Shown here one piece after another: positions 11,840 to 25,119 of a stretch of 64,000 bases of DNA. Location of the stretch: positions 275,962,001 to 276,026,000 of the forward strand of contig OZ024742.1 of NCBI GenBank assembly GCA_964016885.1, given 5' to 3'. Both the position numbers and the translations under genes were made by a program. The notes under the pieces were generated by a model. It had not been told where the DNA came from. It saw only the letters and a program-made list of their open reading frames with translations, and did no database searches. Position 1 is the first letter of the stretch. Each line of letters begins with the position of its first letter. This DNA comes from Eledone cirrhosa (Eukaryota).

Positions 11840-12950
11840 TTATCATCAAGTGCGTAACTGACAGAAATAGAATATATATGCATCCAAAAGATTCACTCAT
11901 AAATTGTTGATCACCATCCAGATGTCCCTTTATTCTTCTTTGCCACTTTTTGTTTGTCCAAGTGAAATATTTAGGAATATCAATATACAATATTGTTTTG
12001 TGCCAGTGGGTCTCTAATATTCAGTTGAAAATATTCCGTCAACTTAGTCATTGGCCGTCCCCTAGAAACAATACTTTCTTCCTGCCCTTGCTCATACACG
12101 ACCAGGTAAATGGCAAGGCTACTTTTCAACTGGCGGTTTTCGATGATGTAATGGAAATTTATAGATTCTCCAGAATGCTTCACTGGCTGAGATGTACCGT
12201 GCATTGATATAGGTCTCAATCTCATTTGGGGCATGGACACAATTTCCTTGATCATCCTTAATAGTGAAAGTGATCTTGTCTGATCCCTTTGTGATGTACT
12301 TATATAAGTACTTAACAGCCTTGACACTGTGGACAACCTCACAATTGATGTGGCAGTGATATCTGAGAGGAAAGGGTTGTATGGAACAATCCAACGATTA
12401 TCAACAGTAAATTCTTGACCTTTAAGTTGGATTGTATGAGTGTGACCACCATGCTGTCTATCCCTTCTTCTATACTCCGGAAAGGAATTTTCAGCAACAA
12501 ATGTGGTTTGTCTGAATGCCTTGGGATAACTTTTTGAGCAATGGCGTTGTTGTCCTAGCACTTCCATACATGAGCACATCATATTAGCTTGTCCACATGG
12601 GCCATGAATGTTGCAGGATGTGATGATCGTATGCAGAATTAATCTCACAGTACACTACCTGATCAATGGCATCAACAGTTTTGGGCTTGCTATCTTCAGC
12701 CATTATCAGCAGAATGAGTGAGGCCTTGTTTTCTGCCACTCTATTGTAGCAGAATGAGCCACAACTTTTCCTAGGACATTTTTTTTCAGTATGTCATCCA
12801 TGAGGCTGTCATACTTGATCTTGAAGACTCTTGCACAAATATCAGGACGGTCTCTAGGTTCTTCACCAGGGGGAAAACTATTTTTTATTTCATCCCAGTT
12901 TCTGTTAGTTGTTACCGTGATGAAATAAGATGGCTTTCCCATGTGTCAAA
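11840..12950 (-). mobile_element. Helitron Rep (HUH) domain fragment, frameshifted
   Basis: GKPSYFITVTTN..W.EI..DRPDICARVFKIK..IEWQK; HGPCG..CSKSYPK..PEYRRR..DNRWIVPYNP; HINCEVVHSVKAVKYLYKYITKG; YISASEAFWRI. Confidence 0.9.
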
Positions 12951-13204
12951 CCACAGTCATCGAATTCTGAAAGCACTCACTGTAGAAGCGAAGGGAACCA
13001 TAGATTGAAGGAGGAAGAACAATTCTCCGGCCTGCACTTGTTTCAGATGTTAGACTGTGCCCATGCTGAGGTACCACGATTAAAGGATTTTCTTGACCTC
13101 AATTCCAGTACATATATTTTAAAATCTAGTACTTATTTTATTGATCTCTTATATTCTCTTTGAAACGTGTGTGTGTCTATGTGTTCATATGTATGATGGT
13201 ACCC

Positions 13205-13440
13205 TATTGCTTGCGACAAGGATTCTTCCAGCTAGGTTTCTCAAATGGAACTGCCTGAAATTAAGGTGAGAGTGTCTGAGCATTTCATAAACACGTATAA
13301 CAGAGGGTTTCAGGGTGGGACTACATTGGTTTTTCGACTTATTAGCAGAGTACACTTTTTTTTACTTCAGTGGAAAGAAGAAAGGCGAAATAAAGTGTCT
13401 TGCTCAAGAACACAACACACTGATGGGATTCGAACTCATT
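13205..13440 (-). mobile_element. SINE with tRNA-like head (GAGTTCGAATCCC, TTCTTGAGCAAGACACTTTATTTC core)
   Basis: The core is shared with the SINEs at 26432, 33154, 57682 and 59385. Confidence 0.6.
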
Positions 13441-13671
13441 GTGCATGCGCAGTATGGACAAGACTTTGTGCATGTGCAATTCAGACCAGACTTCGCGCAT
13501 GCACACTTCGGACCACTTTGTGTGTGTGTGTGTCCGTTAGATGTATTATTGCATTTCATGAATTACGAAGAATTTGCAAGTTACTTCACCCGGGGAGGAT
13601 TAATAATAGCTTCACTAACTTCGGAAGACGATTTGTGTGTGGTGTGGTATGTATATATATAAATATAAATA

Positions 13672-14605
13672 GTGGACACCTTCCGTTACTTGGGTGACAA
13701 AATCAGCAGTGAGGGAGGGTGCTCTGAAAGTACAGTAGCTAGAGTCAGAACGGGATGGGAAAAGTTCAGAGAGCTTATACCACTATTGGCCGCTAAAGGG
13801 TTCTCTCTAAAAATGAAAGGCAGGCTGTATGATGCCTGCATACGAACAGCAATGTTACATGCAGAGGAAATACACAGACTGGAGAGAAACGAAGCTTGCA
13901 TGCTCCGCTGGATGTGTAATAGTAATATACGTGAACGGCAAAGCATAAACGAACTAAGGGAGAAATTAGGAATAAGAGGAATCAGATGTTGTTTACTCGA
14001 GAGAAGACTACGTTGGTACGGTCACGTGATGCGCATGAAAGACGACAGCTGTATAAAAAAGTGCAGGGCAATAAAAATAGACGGTAGCCACGGAGTAGGC
14101 AGACCCAGAAAAACCTGGGACGACTTGATAAATTCCGACCTCACACACTTACACCTCTCCAAGACAATGTCACTGGACCGAGATCTTTGGCGCTACACAG
14201 TCATACAGAAGACCCACCTTGCCTAAGTACAAAGCGAAACCTACAGTTAGTAGGCACCTCTAACAAAATACAACCCCGTCCCACTACCCCCACCCCATCC
14301 ACACCACCCCTTAAATGTGAAGTTATGTTGGTACCACAACATCCAGTCCGAAACAAATGAGGTCGTGTAGGTGTCACAACAAAAAAAACACACAGTCCAC
14401 GCTGTAATGTGGCCGTGTAGGTAACAGTAAAAACCTCCCAGTCCACACTGTAAACGTGGTTGGTGTTAGGAAGGGCTTCCAGCCGTAGAAAACGCGCCAG
14501 ACAGTCCTATACGAGCAGGACAACAAATCTTGCCTCAAGTGGGAAAACTCCCATCCAAACCCATGCAAGCGTGGAAGATGGACATTAAACGATGATGATA
14601 ATGAT
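13672..14605 (+). mobile_element. 5'-truncated RTE LINE (ORF2 C-terminus, 3' UTR, GAT tail)
   Basis: ORF 13672-14226 DTFRYLG..RLRWYGHVMRM..GRPRKTW. 3' UTR contains GTTAGGAAGGGC..CAGCCGTAGAAA and ends in (GAT)n. Confidence 0.9.
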
Positions 14606-15799
14606 ATATGTGTGTGTGTGTGTCTGCATCAGACATAATTTATATGTTATTACATTTATATATATCTCATCAATGGGCATAAAACAGTGCTTAATCTAAA
14701 CTATAATAAAGTAAGAAGCACGGGACTGTGTACGGTTTATAATTTTTTATCCCCTTAGTAAAATAAGTTGGATTACTTTGAATAAATAATAAATGAATAT
14801 TACATAATTTATCTACTAAATTTCGTGGCTGTTCATTAAATATATTTTATTACTTATTTAAAGATTCACTTCTTTAAAATGTTCAAATGTCAACACTTCC
14901 GGTTAGCGATCATTTAATTTCCTTAATGAGACGTTTTATTTTCGGCTGTTATTTGTAGTATGTACAGAGACCACGAACAAACTCATTTGTATGTGGGAAA
15001 TATCAGAAGTGCGCTCACTTCCTTGATGGAATCAGTCTTGACCTCTTTCTTACTTACTAACACTTTGCTCTTTACTAGGTTTACTCTGCGTTTTTGATTC
15101 TAAGTTCTGTTTCCACAACTAGAATTTCTTCTGAAGCTCTTCCACAGATTCAGCTATAAGAGCAAGGTCGTAAGCATACAGAAGTTTCCATAGACAACCA
15201 GTTCTAAATTTCTCTGTTATCGCTTGGAGAACCATAACAAGAGGGGGCTGAGGACAAAGCTTTGATTAATACCTATAGCAAAACTATTCACATGTTCTCA
15301 TGTGGTCATTTTATCAACACACTGACCTTTAACCTCAGTCAAACTGAGATACCAATTCTTTTGTTTGAGTTAACAATGTCGCCAAAAGGATTTACTGCTT
15401 TCATTTAAAAGAAAATTATCAATGGCTATGTGTTTAATGTTTTCTGGATGCACAATCCTTATAAATATGTTTCTACTTATGGCACAAGGCCAGCAATTAC
15501 CCCAGTGCATTACTGGTGCTTTATTTTATTGACCCCATAAGGATGAAAGGCAAAGTTAACCTCGGCGGATTTGAACTCAGAATGTAAAATCTCTATGCTG
15601 CAAAGTATGGTGACTGACACTCTACCGATACTGCCAAACAAATACTATAATAACAGCAATAGATATAGCAGTAACAACAATGGCAGCAGTAGAGAGAACA
15701 ACAACAACTTTGACAGAAGTAGATATGACAACAATAACAACAATGACAGTAATAGTACACACAACAATAATGATAGATTTAATAAGAACCCCTTGGAGA

Positions 15800-16900
15800 A
15801 TCTATTCTTGAACCTGTCTAACAAAACAACCAGGATGTACAATGTTTATTCCACTAAATTGCTGTTCAACAAAAGAGTCTGCATACCAAAACAGATAGAT
15901 GACCAAACAGAAGCACATTTCACCATAGCTAGGAATAAAATAAGACAGATAGTGAAACAATACACAGAACAGACTAGAGGTCCAACAACTTGGGAGAAAA
16001 CCTGCAAGCCTGCAATAGCCTCATGCAGTGCACAACAGATAGTGAGTGTATATACCTACAGACAAATGTGGCAGAATGTCAATAGACATCAAGGCTATGT
16101 AACCCCACTTCATCAACACAAGTGAAAAAACAACACAAACACATGAGGAAAGAGAAAGGATCCTTAATGCTCACATGATGATGTAGATTAACATCTCAAG
16201 ACCAAATAAATGCACAGCCAATAACTTCCAGCCTCTAACAATGACTCACCACCCTTGTATGGGCTCTGCAAGGAACATAAAACTGCTATTGACCCTATTA
16301 CAGGACCACCAACAACACATGTCTGCATAATATAGCCAGCAACTACAGGATATCCTACTGGTTATGCATCTCATAATTAAGATGTCCCCAGATGTGTGTG
16401 ACAGCACAGGACCTCCTCAGCAGAATCAACGATTGCAACCACACTGAAGACCTGACAAACTGCATAATAGGCAGTATGGATGTAGTGTCCCCCATACCCA
16501 TCCAATGACATTGATTTTGCAGTAGAAAAATGTGAGGAGATAATCAGTGAGAGTTCTGTGACATTGACATGGACAAATTGGGCCTCCTACTTAGACTTAC
16601 ATGTGACACAGAATATCTAGATAACCATGACCATAACAGTTTCTGCCCCAGTAGACCAATAACAGATGGACCAGAGCCATACACACACCCGAGAACAATG
16701 ATCAGGTGAGAAAGATGATTACACATGCTGTAGGGGCTAGTACTAAAGGGCCACACATTCAAATTTAATAAGAAAACATACACCCAAGACGAAGGAGCGG
16801 CCATTGGTGTCAGCATAGTTGGTGATGTTGCCAACCTATTTATGGTATGGTGGGAAAGGAGAAAATTATTTATAGAAATATAAAAAATATACTGAAGCAA
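15800..16900 (+). mobile_element. Degenerate Penelope-like RT of a second lineage
   Basis: Plus-strand motifs LYGLCKEHK, IIGSMDVVS and HTFKFNKKTYTQDEGAAIGVSIVGDVANLFMVWW, with frameshifts. Confidence 0.7.
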
Positions 16901-18964
16901 AAACCAAACCAAACCAAACGGAATATATTTTACTATTTTTTGGCAATATTAGGACAACATGATTCTCCCCAAATATAACAATATCTGTTTCAACACACGA
17001 TTTCATATCAAAAACCTTGCAAAACAAATACATTGCCACTAATATGTCCCTTCCCTAGGATGGACTGGGTATGTCTTATCATGTAAAGTGAGAGAGCATG
17101 TGTTAGGCTATATGTTGTTTGTTATGGAGATGTGGACATTCAACATTGAGGGAGCCAAAAATGTCTCATGGAGGTGGCCTTGATGGTGAGTTATGTTTGG
17201 CAGTATGTTATGGGATGTGTCCGGTTCTCCATGAATGGGTTAGACAGAACAGGAGCACTGGAGAAAGGTGACAGAAATACACATCATTATCATGAAATTA
17301 CAAGTTTCCATGTCTGCCTGAGTCGGATGGGATGTCATGCTTTGAAACTAGGCCAGACATGGGGCAAGGGATGCAACCTAAATGCCAATTGACACGGATG
17401 GGGGATAGAAAGATGGAAGTACTGGTTATGGGGATGACCCTGAAGCAAGTGGGTGGCATCTGACATCATGGAATCTATGTGGCTTTCCTTGCTGGAGAGG
17501 AAATGTGAGTCATGGATGTGTGAAGTCACATTCTCAAGCAGCATTGCCATTTGTACAGTGGGAGAAATCTTTTGTAGCAATGGTAGTACCTTCGTGAATT
17601 TTTTCCAGCTAGGAAGAGGGTTATGGGTTGGACAGGGAAAGTTGCACCAGAGTATGCCTGTCCTAGCTTTCCACGTTGGCATGGGTTAGGTAAAGAAGTG
17701 AAAGATGATGATATATCATCATCATTTACTGTCCTCTTTCCATACTAGCAAGCGTTGATCAGGTTGTCACCGACTAAGTCAGTGCACAAGTGGGGCTACA
17801 GATGGTCCTCTATCTCACTTACTTGCAATCCCACAATCTTTCAGGTGATCAGGGACATCTCACTTACAAAATGTTCCTATACTTAATTGAGTGCATTTTA
17901 TCATGGTGCCAACACAAGGGAGGTTGTCATGTTTTGATACAGCTGAAAAGTTCACCCAACCTTTTGTTTGGCAAATTTTCTATAGCTGGTTGCCCTTCCT
18001 CTAACCAACCACTTTACAGTGTACTGGATGCCTTTACCATGTAAATCACCAACACTAGAGATGTTGTCTTGTCTTTGACACAGCTGAAAAGTCCTCCTGA
18101 GCTTTTGTTTGGCAGTTATTGTCTCAACTGGTGAACCATCCTTATCCTATAGGAGGGGTGGAAAAAGAAGTATGTAATGAGAAGTTCTGTGACAAGAGTT
18201 ACTGAGAGAAGTGGAGGGTTTATAATAGGTGTATTATAGTGGTATGTGGGGATATCAAACTTAAATCTGATTATTGTATAATGAAATATTTTCTGTTATG
18301 GTTTGTGTACATATTTCTAACATCTGATTTATAAGAATACACTTCTAAGCTATTTATTCATAATGTAAAATATTACCATCCTTTTAAGTCTGCTTTCTCA
18401 TACTTACATGGTTTGGATGGAACTTTTCCAGTTATGTTCCTTTGTCATCTACTGTCAGATGCAGTATTTTAAAATATGCTATCATCACTTCTGCCCAGGT
18501 CTCCCTCTACTGCAGCTTCCTTCCACTCAGATCTCTTGACAGTTCTTCACCCAGTGATTACCATCTGTATCCATACCATCACAATTCTCTCTCTTATACA
18601 CTGCATCTGATTTCTTTTATACACACCCAATTAATCTATGCTTCTAAAAATATGTTAGATAGAAAACAAATATGTATTGTGAAAGAATAATTTTATTAAA
18701 AATATCACAATGGTAAATTATGTCACCAACACAGATATATTTGGTTTTATAAAAGATAGTTTTAGAAAGTTATCAAACATTGTGATATCTTTTTTTATAG
18801 AATGACTTTTAACGTTAATATAACTTGTGTAGTTAACACATTTTTTACAGAATGATTGACTACATATCAAAACCCTTCCTAAAAAGGAAAGGTGTTAAAC
18901 AATGATGATGAGGATAAGATGATGACATAGCTTCTCTCCAGTATGAACACATATGTATTTAGTT

Positions 18965-21457
18965 AAGAATTGGCGCAACTGACGGAGTGAGGTTGGTGGA
19001 GGAAAATCCTCTATAGCTTTAACGCTCTCAGGAATAGGTCAAATACCGTCAGCATCAATGACGTGGCCCCAAAAATTCAGAGATTCGGAACCAAAAACAC
19101 ATTTTGATGGATTAATCTGAACATTGTAATTCTTCAATCGAGAAAATAGAAGTTCCAGATGGCGCAAATGTTGCTCTGGAGAAGAGCTAGCAACAAGGTC
19201 AACAATATATGTGTATACAAAATCGAGGCTGCGAGTGACCTCATCCATAAATCGCTGGAAGGTGTTAGCAGCATTTCTTAACCCGAAAGGCATGGTGAGA
19301 AATTCAAAAGATCCAAATGGCGTAGTTATAGCCGTTTTCGGGATGTCGTCTTTGTTGACAGGAATCTGGTTGTAGGCTCGTATCAAATCGAGTTTCGAAA
19401 AAATGTTACAACCTTGCAACGAGGATGCAAAATCCTGCAGATGAGGGATAGGATACCGATCTGATACGGTCATCGAGTTCAATCGTCTATAATCCCCTGT
19501 GGGTCTCAAATTGCCAGAAGATTTTGGCACCATATGTAATGGAGATGCCCACAGGCTCGTGGAAGGACGAATAATTCCGAGCTGTAGCATATGATCGAAC
19601 TCGGACCGTGCTGCTTTCAGTTTGTCCGCTGGCAATCGACGGGGAGGCGAAAAAACCGGAGTGCCAGTAGTAGTAATGAAATGCTCCGTGGCGTGGTTCG
19701 GATCAGTGACTCTAAAATTTCCATGAGTCAGTTGCGGGAACGATTTCAACAATCCATGATATGGGTTTCCGGAGTTAGCAATGAAGAATGTCGGGCTAAC
19801 TGTAGAAACTTCTGCTGTCCTGCCACAAAGAGAAAAACCAGTAATATCGTCGACTAGGTGTTGGTGACGGACGTCCACCGTCAAAGAAAAATGGTGCAGG
19901 AAGTCCGCGCCCAAAATCAGGTATGGCAGGTTGGCAACAGTGAAAACCCATTTGAAATCCCGACGAAGTTTTCGAAACTGAAGAGGAAGCGAGATCTGTC
20001 CAAAAGGTTCAGATTGGTGACTGGTTGACAGCTTGCAATTCAATCGACGACTCGGGAGGAGTTACTGTCATACAATTAACAGGCCAAATACTGCACAAAG
20101 CTCCTGTGTCTACGAGGAAGGCTCTTCCAGGCAGGAGGTCCTCTATGAAGAAATGGCGGTTCTGTTGTGTCTCGCAGAGTTCACTTGCCGCCTTTAATGA
20201 CTCTGATCTGCATTTCCCGAAGCTGAATATTTACATGGGAGGCCGGCAATGTTTTGCCTTATCCACGAAGGTGGCATGATACCAGCAAAATAATGGATTG
20301 CTGGCGGGCGAAGTAGTATGCTGACGTGGAGTCGCAAAAGAACACAAACGACTCCTAGACCGCCGGGAATACAGCCTATTCTCTCTGCATAAACGAGTGA
20401 TTTGCTGCGTCAAAGCGTCAATAGCTTTTAACATGGCATCCTCGCGTGTCGAGACGGGCTGGTTCGAAATTGAAGAAGAAGCAAGTAAATTAGGACCACT
20501 CATTGTCAATCTATATCAACTTGGACGTACAAAAATAAGTGATATTCGCGTAAAAAGAATGCAGAAATTTCTTTAGTTGTTCAGAACAACGGGAAAACAG
20601 CACAAATTTCCCTCAACATCCATAAAGGCAGGAGACCAGAAAAAAAAAAATTGTTCTCAAGTGTCCATAACAGGGAAAATAATCCGGCGAATTTGTAACA
20701 TCATGGCAGAAACTCTCAAAAAAATATATATCGACAGCATCTCACGCTGCTCAGTTAAGGTTGGGAAAAGACAGCATCACGTGATGCGTTTCGGAGCAGA
20801 AAGACAATTGGCAGGAAAATTATTGGCCATTACAAAAAATAAGAATTCTTTTTAACTTTTGGTTTGTCTGCTTAAAAAAAAAATGTTCAAAAATGTTGGT
20901 AATCATTTTTTCTTTGTTTTTTTTATATATTCACTGCCCAGAGAATAGCATAATAGAAGATATGTGTTTCGCTTATAAATGTTCAACCACATGTATTATC
21001 AGAAGGTTGCCATTTTATAGTTCGATGTTCGGGGTTAACCACTTTAGGAGAGATGGTCACCATTTTAGAAGGCTGCGTTGTTTTACGGTTTAGAGGGGAT
21101 TTCGATTCCCTAGCTTGGCTGCTCGACATCTCTTCTATTTGTTGTTAGGTGTAGGTAAACAATTAAGCAAAAAGAACATACCTCAAGCTTATATGTACAT
21201 GAGCATTTTAATCAGAGCAATAAACAAAACAGGTTATCATATCAGTTACTCCTTGATTGGTAATTCGTAATTATCATTAAGTGGCAGTGTTCAAACATCC
21301 TGTGACCACATGGTGCAATATCGCTGTTTCGCCACAGTGAAACGCGTCTGGTCACCTCAAGAGACAAAGTCGAAGAGTGTGTATTCAGCTATGTTAGAAC
21401 TAATGGCAGTTAATCGACTGCCTCCAAAGTCAAAGCTAGGTGGCGTGATCTTCTACA
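18965..21457 (-). mobile_element. Truncated CsRN1-type Gypsy element (5' LTR, deleted gag, protease, RT)
   Basis: LTR about 21043-21457 begins TGTAGAAGATCACGCC. PBS-like TGGTTAACCCCGA. Gag CHCC motif CWYH..C. Protease DTGA. RT ORF 19039-20043 ([29 protein letters not shown]). Ends abruptly before RNase H. Confidence 0.92.
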
Positions 21458-23480
21458 GTTCTCCTACAATATGCATTTGGTTGTGTTTAGTGAAGGCTTT
21501 ATTTTCAGAGAAAGTTTTACCACAGATATCACAGTGATATGGCTTTTCACCTGTATGAGTACATTTATGTATCATTAAAGTACTATTTCGAGAAAAAGAT
21601 TTACTACAGATATCACAGGGATATGGCTTGTCTCCTGTATGAATATATTTGTGGGTTATTAATTCACTACTTTGAGAAAACGATTTACCACATATGTCAC
21701 AGTGAAATGGCTTCTCTCCTGTATGAGTACGTATGTGATTTGTTAAGGGGGTTTTATCAGAGAATGCTTTACCACAAATGACACAGTGATATGGCTTCTC
21801 ACCTGTATGAATGCGTTTATGTCTAGTTAAGGCATTTGTATGAGAGAATGATTTACCACAGATATCACAAAGATACAACTTATCTTTTGTATGAACACGT
21901 TTGTGTTTACTTAAGTCACCATTTTGAGAGAATGATTTGCCACAGATGTCACAGTGATATGGTTTCTCTCCTGTATGAATACGTTTGTGACTAGTTACAG
22001 TTCCAGACTGAGAAAATGATTTACCACAGATATCGCAGCGATATGGTTTCTCTCCTGTATGAATACGTTTGTGTACAGTTAACATAGCATTTTGAAAGAA
22101 TGACTTACCACATATGTCACAGTAATATGGCTTCTCTCCTGTATGGATGCTTTTGTGTATAGTTAACATAACATTTTGAGAGAATGATTTCCCACAGATA
22201 TCACAGTGATATGGCCTGTCTCTCATATGAATATTTTCATGAGCTACCAAGTTTGATCTCTGGGAAAAAGATTTAGCACAGATGTTGCAATGATAAGGCT
22301 TCTCCCCCGAATGAATACGTTTATGTATAGCTAACACATCATTTCGGGAGAATGATTTACCACAAATATCACAGTGATATGGCTTCTCTCCTGTGTGAAC
22401 GCCTTTGTGTTTAGTTAACCCACCTCTTCCAGAAAACGTTTTACCACAAATACCACAGTGATATGGTTTTTCTCCTTTATGAATACATTTGTGTTTAATT
22501 AACCAAATTCCTTTACAGAATGATTTACCACAGATATCACAATGATAGAGTTTCCTTTCTGTATGAATGCGTTTGTGCGTAGCTAATCTACATCTTACAG
22601 AGAATGATTTACCACAGATGTCACAATGATATTGCTTTTCTCCTGTATGAAGGAGTTTGTGATTATTGAAGCTACTTCTGAACGAGAATGATTTACCACA
22701 GATATCACAATGATATGGCTTCTCCCCTGTATGAATACGTATGTGATTAGTTAAGTTATTACTTTTAGAGAACAATTTACCACAGATATCACAGTGATAA
22801 GGTTTTTCTCCTGTATGAATACTTTTGTGTTTGGTTAAGTCATCACTCTGATAAACAGATATACCACAGATATCGCATTGAAATGGCTTTACACCTGTAT
22901 GTAGCTGTTTGTGTTTCTTTAAGACTGCATTCCGAGAAAATGATTTACCACAGATATCACAGTAATATGGTTTTATGCCTGTATGAATGCTTTTGTGAAA
23001 TGTCAAGTGAGATTTTTGGGAGAATGATTTACCACAGATATCACAGTGATATGGCGTCTCACCTGTATGAGTACGTTTGTGTTCAATTAACTTTCCATTT
23101 GCAGAAAATGATTTACCACAGATATCACAGTGATATGGCTTCTCACCTGTATGAGTACGTATGTGTATAGTTAAGCTTATATTTGCAGAAAATGTTTTAC
23201 CACAGATTTTACAGTGATATGGCTTCTTTCTTTTATGGGCAAATTTGTGTTTAGTTAAACGAGCATCTTCAGAGAATGATTTACCACAGATATTACAATG
23301 GTACGGCTTTTCTCCTGTATGTTCATGAGAATTCAGTTTATATTTTTTGGACAATAATTTACCAGTGATATCACAATGGTATGATGTTTTTACTATTTCA
23401 TTCAGTACCTCACTCGGAGAATCATTTCTTTCAGACTCCGATTTAATCTTAATCTGTTTCTCCCATAATTCATTTTCCAT
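21453..23480 (-). CDS. C2H2 zinc-finger protein, 675 aa, 22 intact fingers plus 1 degenerate finger, short N-terminal leader
   Basis: Uninterrupted ORF with 28-aa CxxC..H...H repeats and TGEKP linkers. Splice acceptor TTTCAG (23565-23570) lies about 85 nt upstream of the ATG. The stop codon lies inside the LTR. Confidence 0.93.
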   Translation of the reverse strand: MENELWEKQIKIKSESERNDSPSEVLNEIVKTSYHCDITGKLLSKKYKLNSHEHTGEKPYHCNICGKSFSEDARLTKHKFAHKRKKPYHCKICGKTFSANISLTIHIRTHTGEKPYHCDICGKSFSANGKLIEHKRTHTGETPYHCDICGKSFSQKSHLTFHKSIHTGIKPYYCDICGKSFSRNAVLKKHKQLHTGVKPFQCDICGISVYQSDDLTKHKSIHTGEKPYHCDICGKLFSKSNNLTNHIRIHTGEKPYHCDICGKSFSFRSSFNNHKLLHTGEKQYHCDICGKSFSVRCRLATHKRIHTERKLYHCDICGKSFCKGIWLIKHKCIHKGEKPYHCGICGKTFSGRGGLTKHKGVHTGEKPYHCDICGKSFSRNDVLAIHKRIHSGEKPYHCNICAKSFSQRSNLVAHENIHMRDRPYHCDICGKSFSQNVMLTIHKSIHTGEKPYYCDICGKSFFQNAMLTVHKRIHTGEKPYRCDICGKSFSQSGTVTSHKRIHTGEKPYHCDICGKSFSQNGDLSKHKRVHTKDKLYLCDICGKSFSHTNALTRHKRIHTGEKPYHCVICGKAFSDKTPLTNHIRTHTGEKPFHCDICGKSFSQSSELITHKYIHTGDKPYPCDICSKSFSRNSTLMIHKCTHTGEKPYHCDICGKTFSENKAFTKHNQMHIVGEL

Positions 23481-24840
23481 AATATATCCTTTTTATATCT
23501 ATTCTGTAGATGTTAAATATAGATGACACATCTGATGTAAGGAATTCTTTAATGCCAATGTCGTCTGAAATAATAAAAAATTCTATAAGATATATAGAAT
23601 ATTTGAAATGTACAGATTCAACAATGGAAAGTTTACTACATTTCTATATTAATAAACTAAAAGTATAAACATTGACCTGAAGAATCAATGATTACTTTTA
23701 TTGAAAGAAGCAGCATCACTGGAGCTTTAGGAGATAAATTATTTTTTTTCTTTAGGAAATGCAACATTCCTTTTTCTGTTAATGAGATACCATATTTAAT
23801 TATATCACCCCCACTATTTACCTTTTTCTGTGTTTGTGAGGTGAACTGCTTAACAAGACAGTCATACCTGCTCCTATATATTATTTATTCATGATCAGGT
23901 TCATTACCAGACTTTATTTTCTTTCAAAACTTGCTTGAATCTACTTGAAAACATTCTGGTTTCATAACATCGACCCACCTGAAATTACCTATTCATATTT
24001 AAATGAGAACACCAACGCAAACTTAATAACAGCAGTGACTGAGATAAGAAAAGTAATATTTACTAAGAAGAATAGAGAGAAATTGTGGAAGAAAATGCTC
24101 TTAAAATTTTTTCTGAAGTATCAGGATTTCATCACAATCTTTCAAATGATAGGATGGCATGGTTTAGAAAAGTCAGATAAATTTCAAACAATATGTGTCA
24201 AACAAGCCCATTAAGTGAATCATGTACTGAACATTGCTGCAGATTTATTTTTTTATACAGGGATGAGAGACTGTTCCAGGTTAGTATGGCCTAGGGTTTA
24301 ATGTAGTCTGAAAATTATCACTTCCATACCATTACCAAAGATATATGTTTCAAATCATCTCTTTTTATACAACAAATAAAATACATGGTAGATTAACAGT
24401 AATATTTCTGTAAAAGAGAAAACAAATTGTACGCTGTGATGGACTAATCCCAAAACAAACTCTTCTTTTGGCCACTATAAAATACCCTGTTCAAAGCACG
24501 TCAAAAAGAACACGAAAAATCAATTTCAACTCAAGCTCCAACGTCAGACGGATATAAGTGTAAAAATATACCAAAATACTAATAAATTTTAAAAAGTTAT
24601 GATCATTATGTGGGATAATTGTCCCGTAATTCCCCCTTTTTTGTTTTTCCTTCATTCACTTCATCGTCGTTTAATTCCGCTTTCCTTGCTTGCAACGGTT
24701 CGACTGGTAATTACAATTTAATCAAAACATCCGGTAAAGCTTATCCGTTGATTTTACTTTCACTTTATAGGAATCTCCCCTCAATGATACCCCCAAAGAA
24801 AATACGAGTGAATAAAGAGAATAACTATAAGATAAAATAC

Positions 24841-25115
24841 CTCGTATAAATCACTGCTAATGTTGGGAAATCAGTAATGGTCGTTGAACGTGTTGCTGAA
24901 TGGAGAATATTTATCAATACTATTTCTCTCCCAGTGTTTCCTTCACCCTATGTATATGTTATAGTAGATAAATATGACTACGTTATAATAACTTTATGCA
25001 TCATGCTAAATAGATTATTCTACAGATAGATGTGATTAGGTTGGAATAACTGCAAAAGTTCTTTACCAACAACAGGCGCAGAATGAAGTCAACATCCGGT
25101 TGAACATGCGCATTA
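24841..25115 (-). promoter_or_regulatory. Putative non-coding first exon and promoter of the ZNF gene
   Basis: Possible donor GAG|GTATTT at 24841/24840, local CpG enrichment, ETS-like CCGGATGT and NRF1-like TGCGCATG near 25092-25112. Inference only. Confidence 0.35.
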
Positions 25116-25119
25116 GTAA

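Noticed and set aside
15571-16125. 184-aa Asn-rich ORF as a gene
   Set aside because: It starts inside a SINE, crosses an AAC/AAT low-complexity tract and ends in Penelope debris.
21024-21063. Double PBS in the truncated Gypsy
   Set aside because: The first TGGTGACC aligns with the U5 end of the related LTR (..CCTAAA), so only the second is in PBS position.
21539-23170. Plus-strand ORFs overlapping the ZNF (also 8047-8232)
   Set aside because: Antisense shadows of the 84-bp finger repeat.
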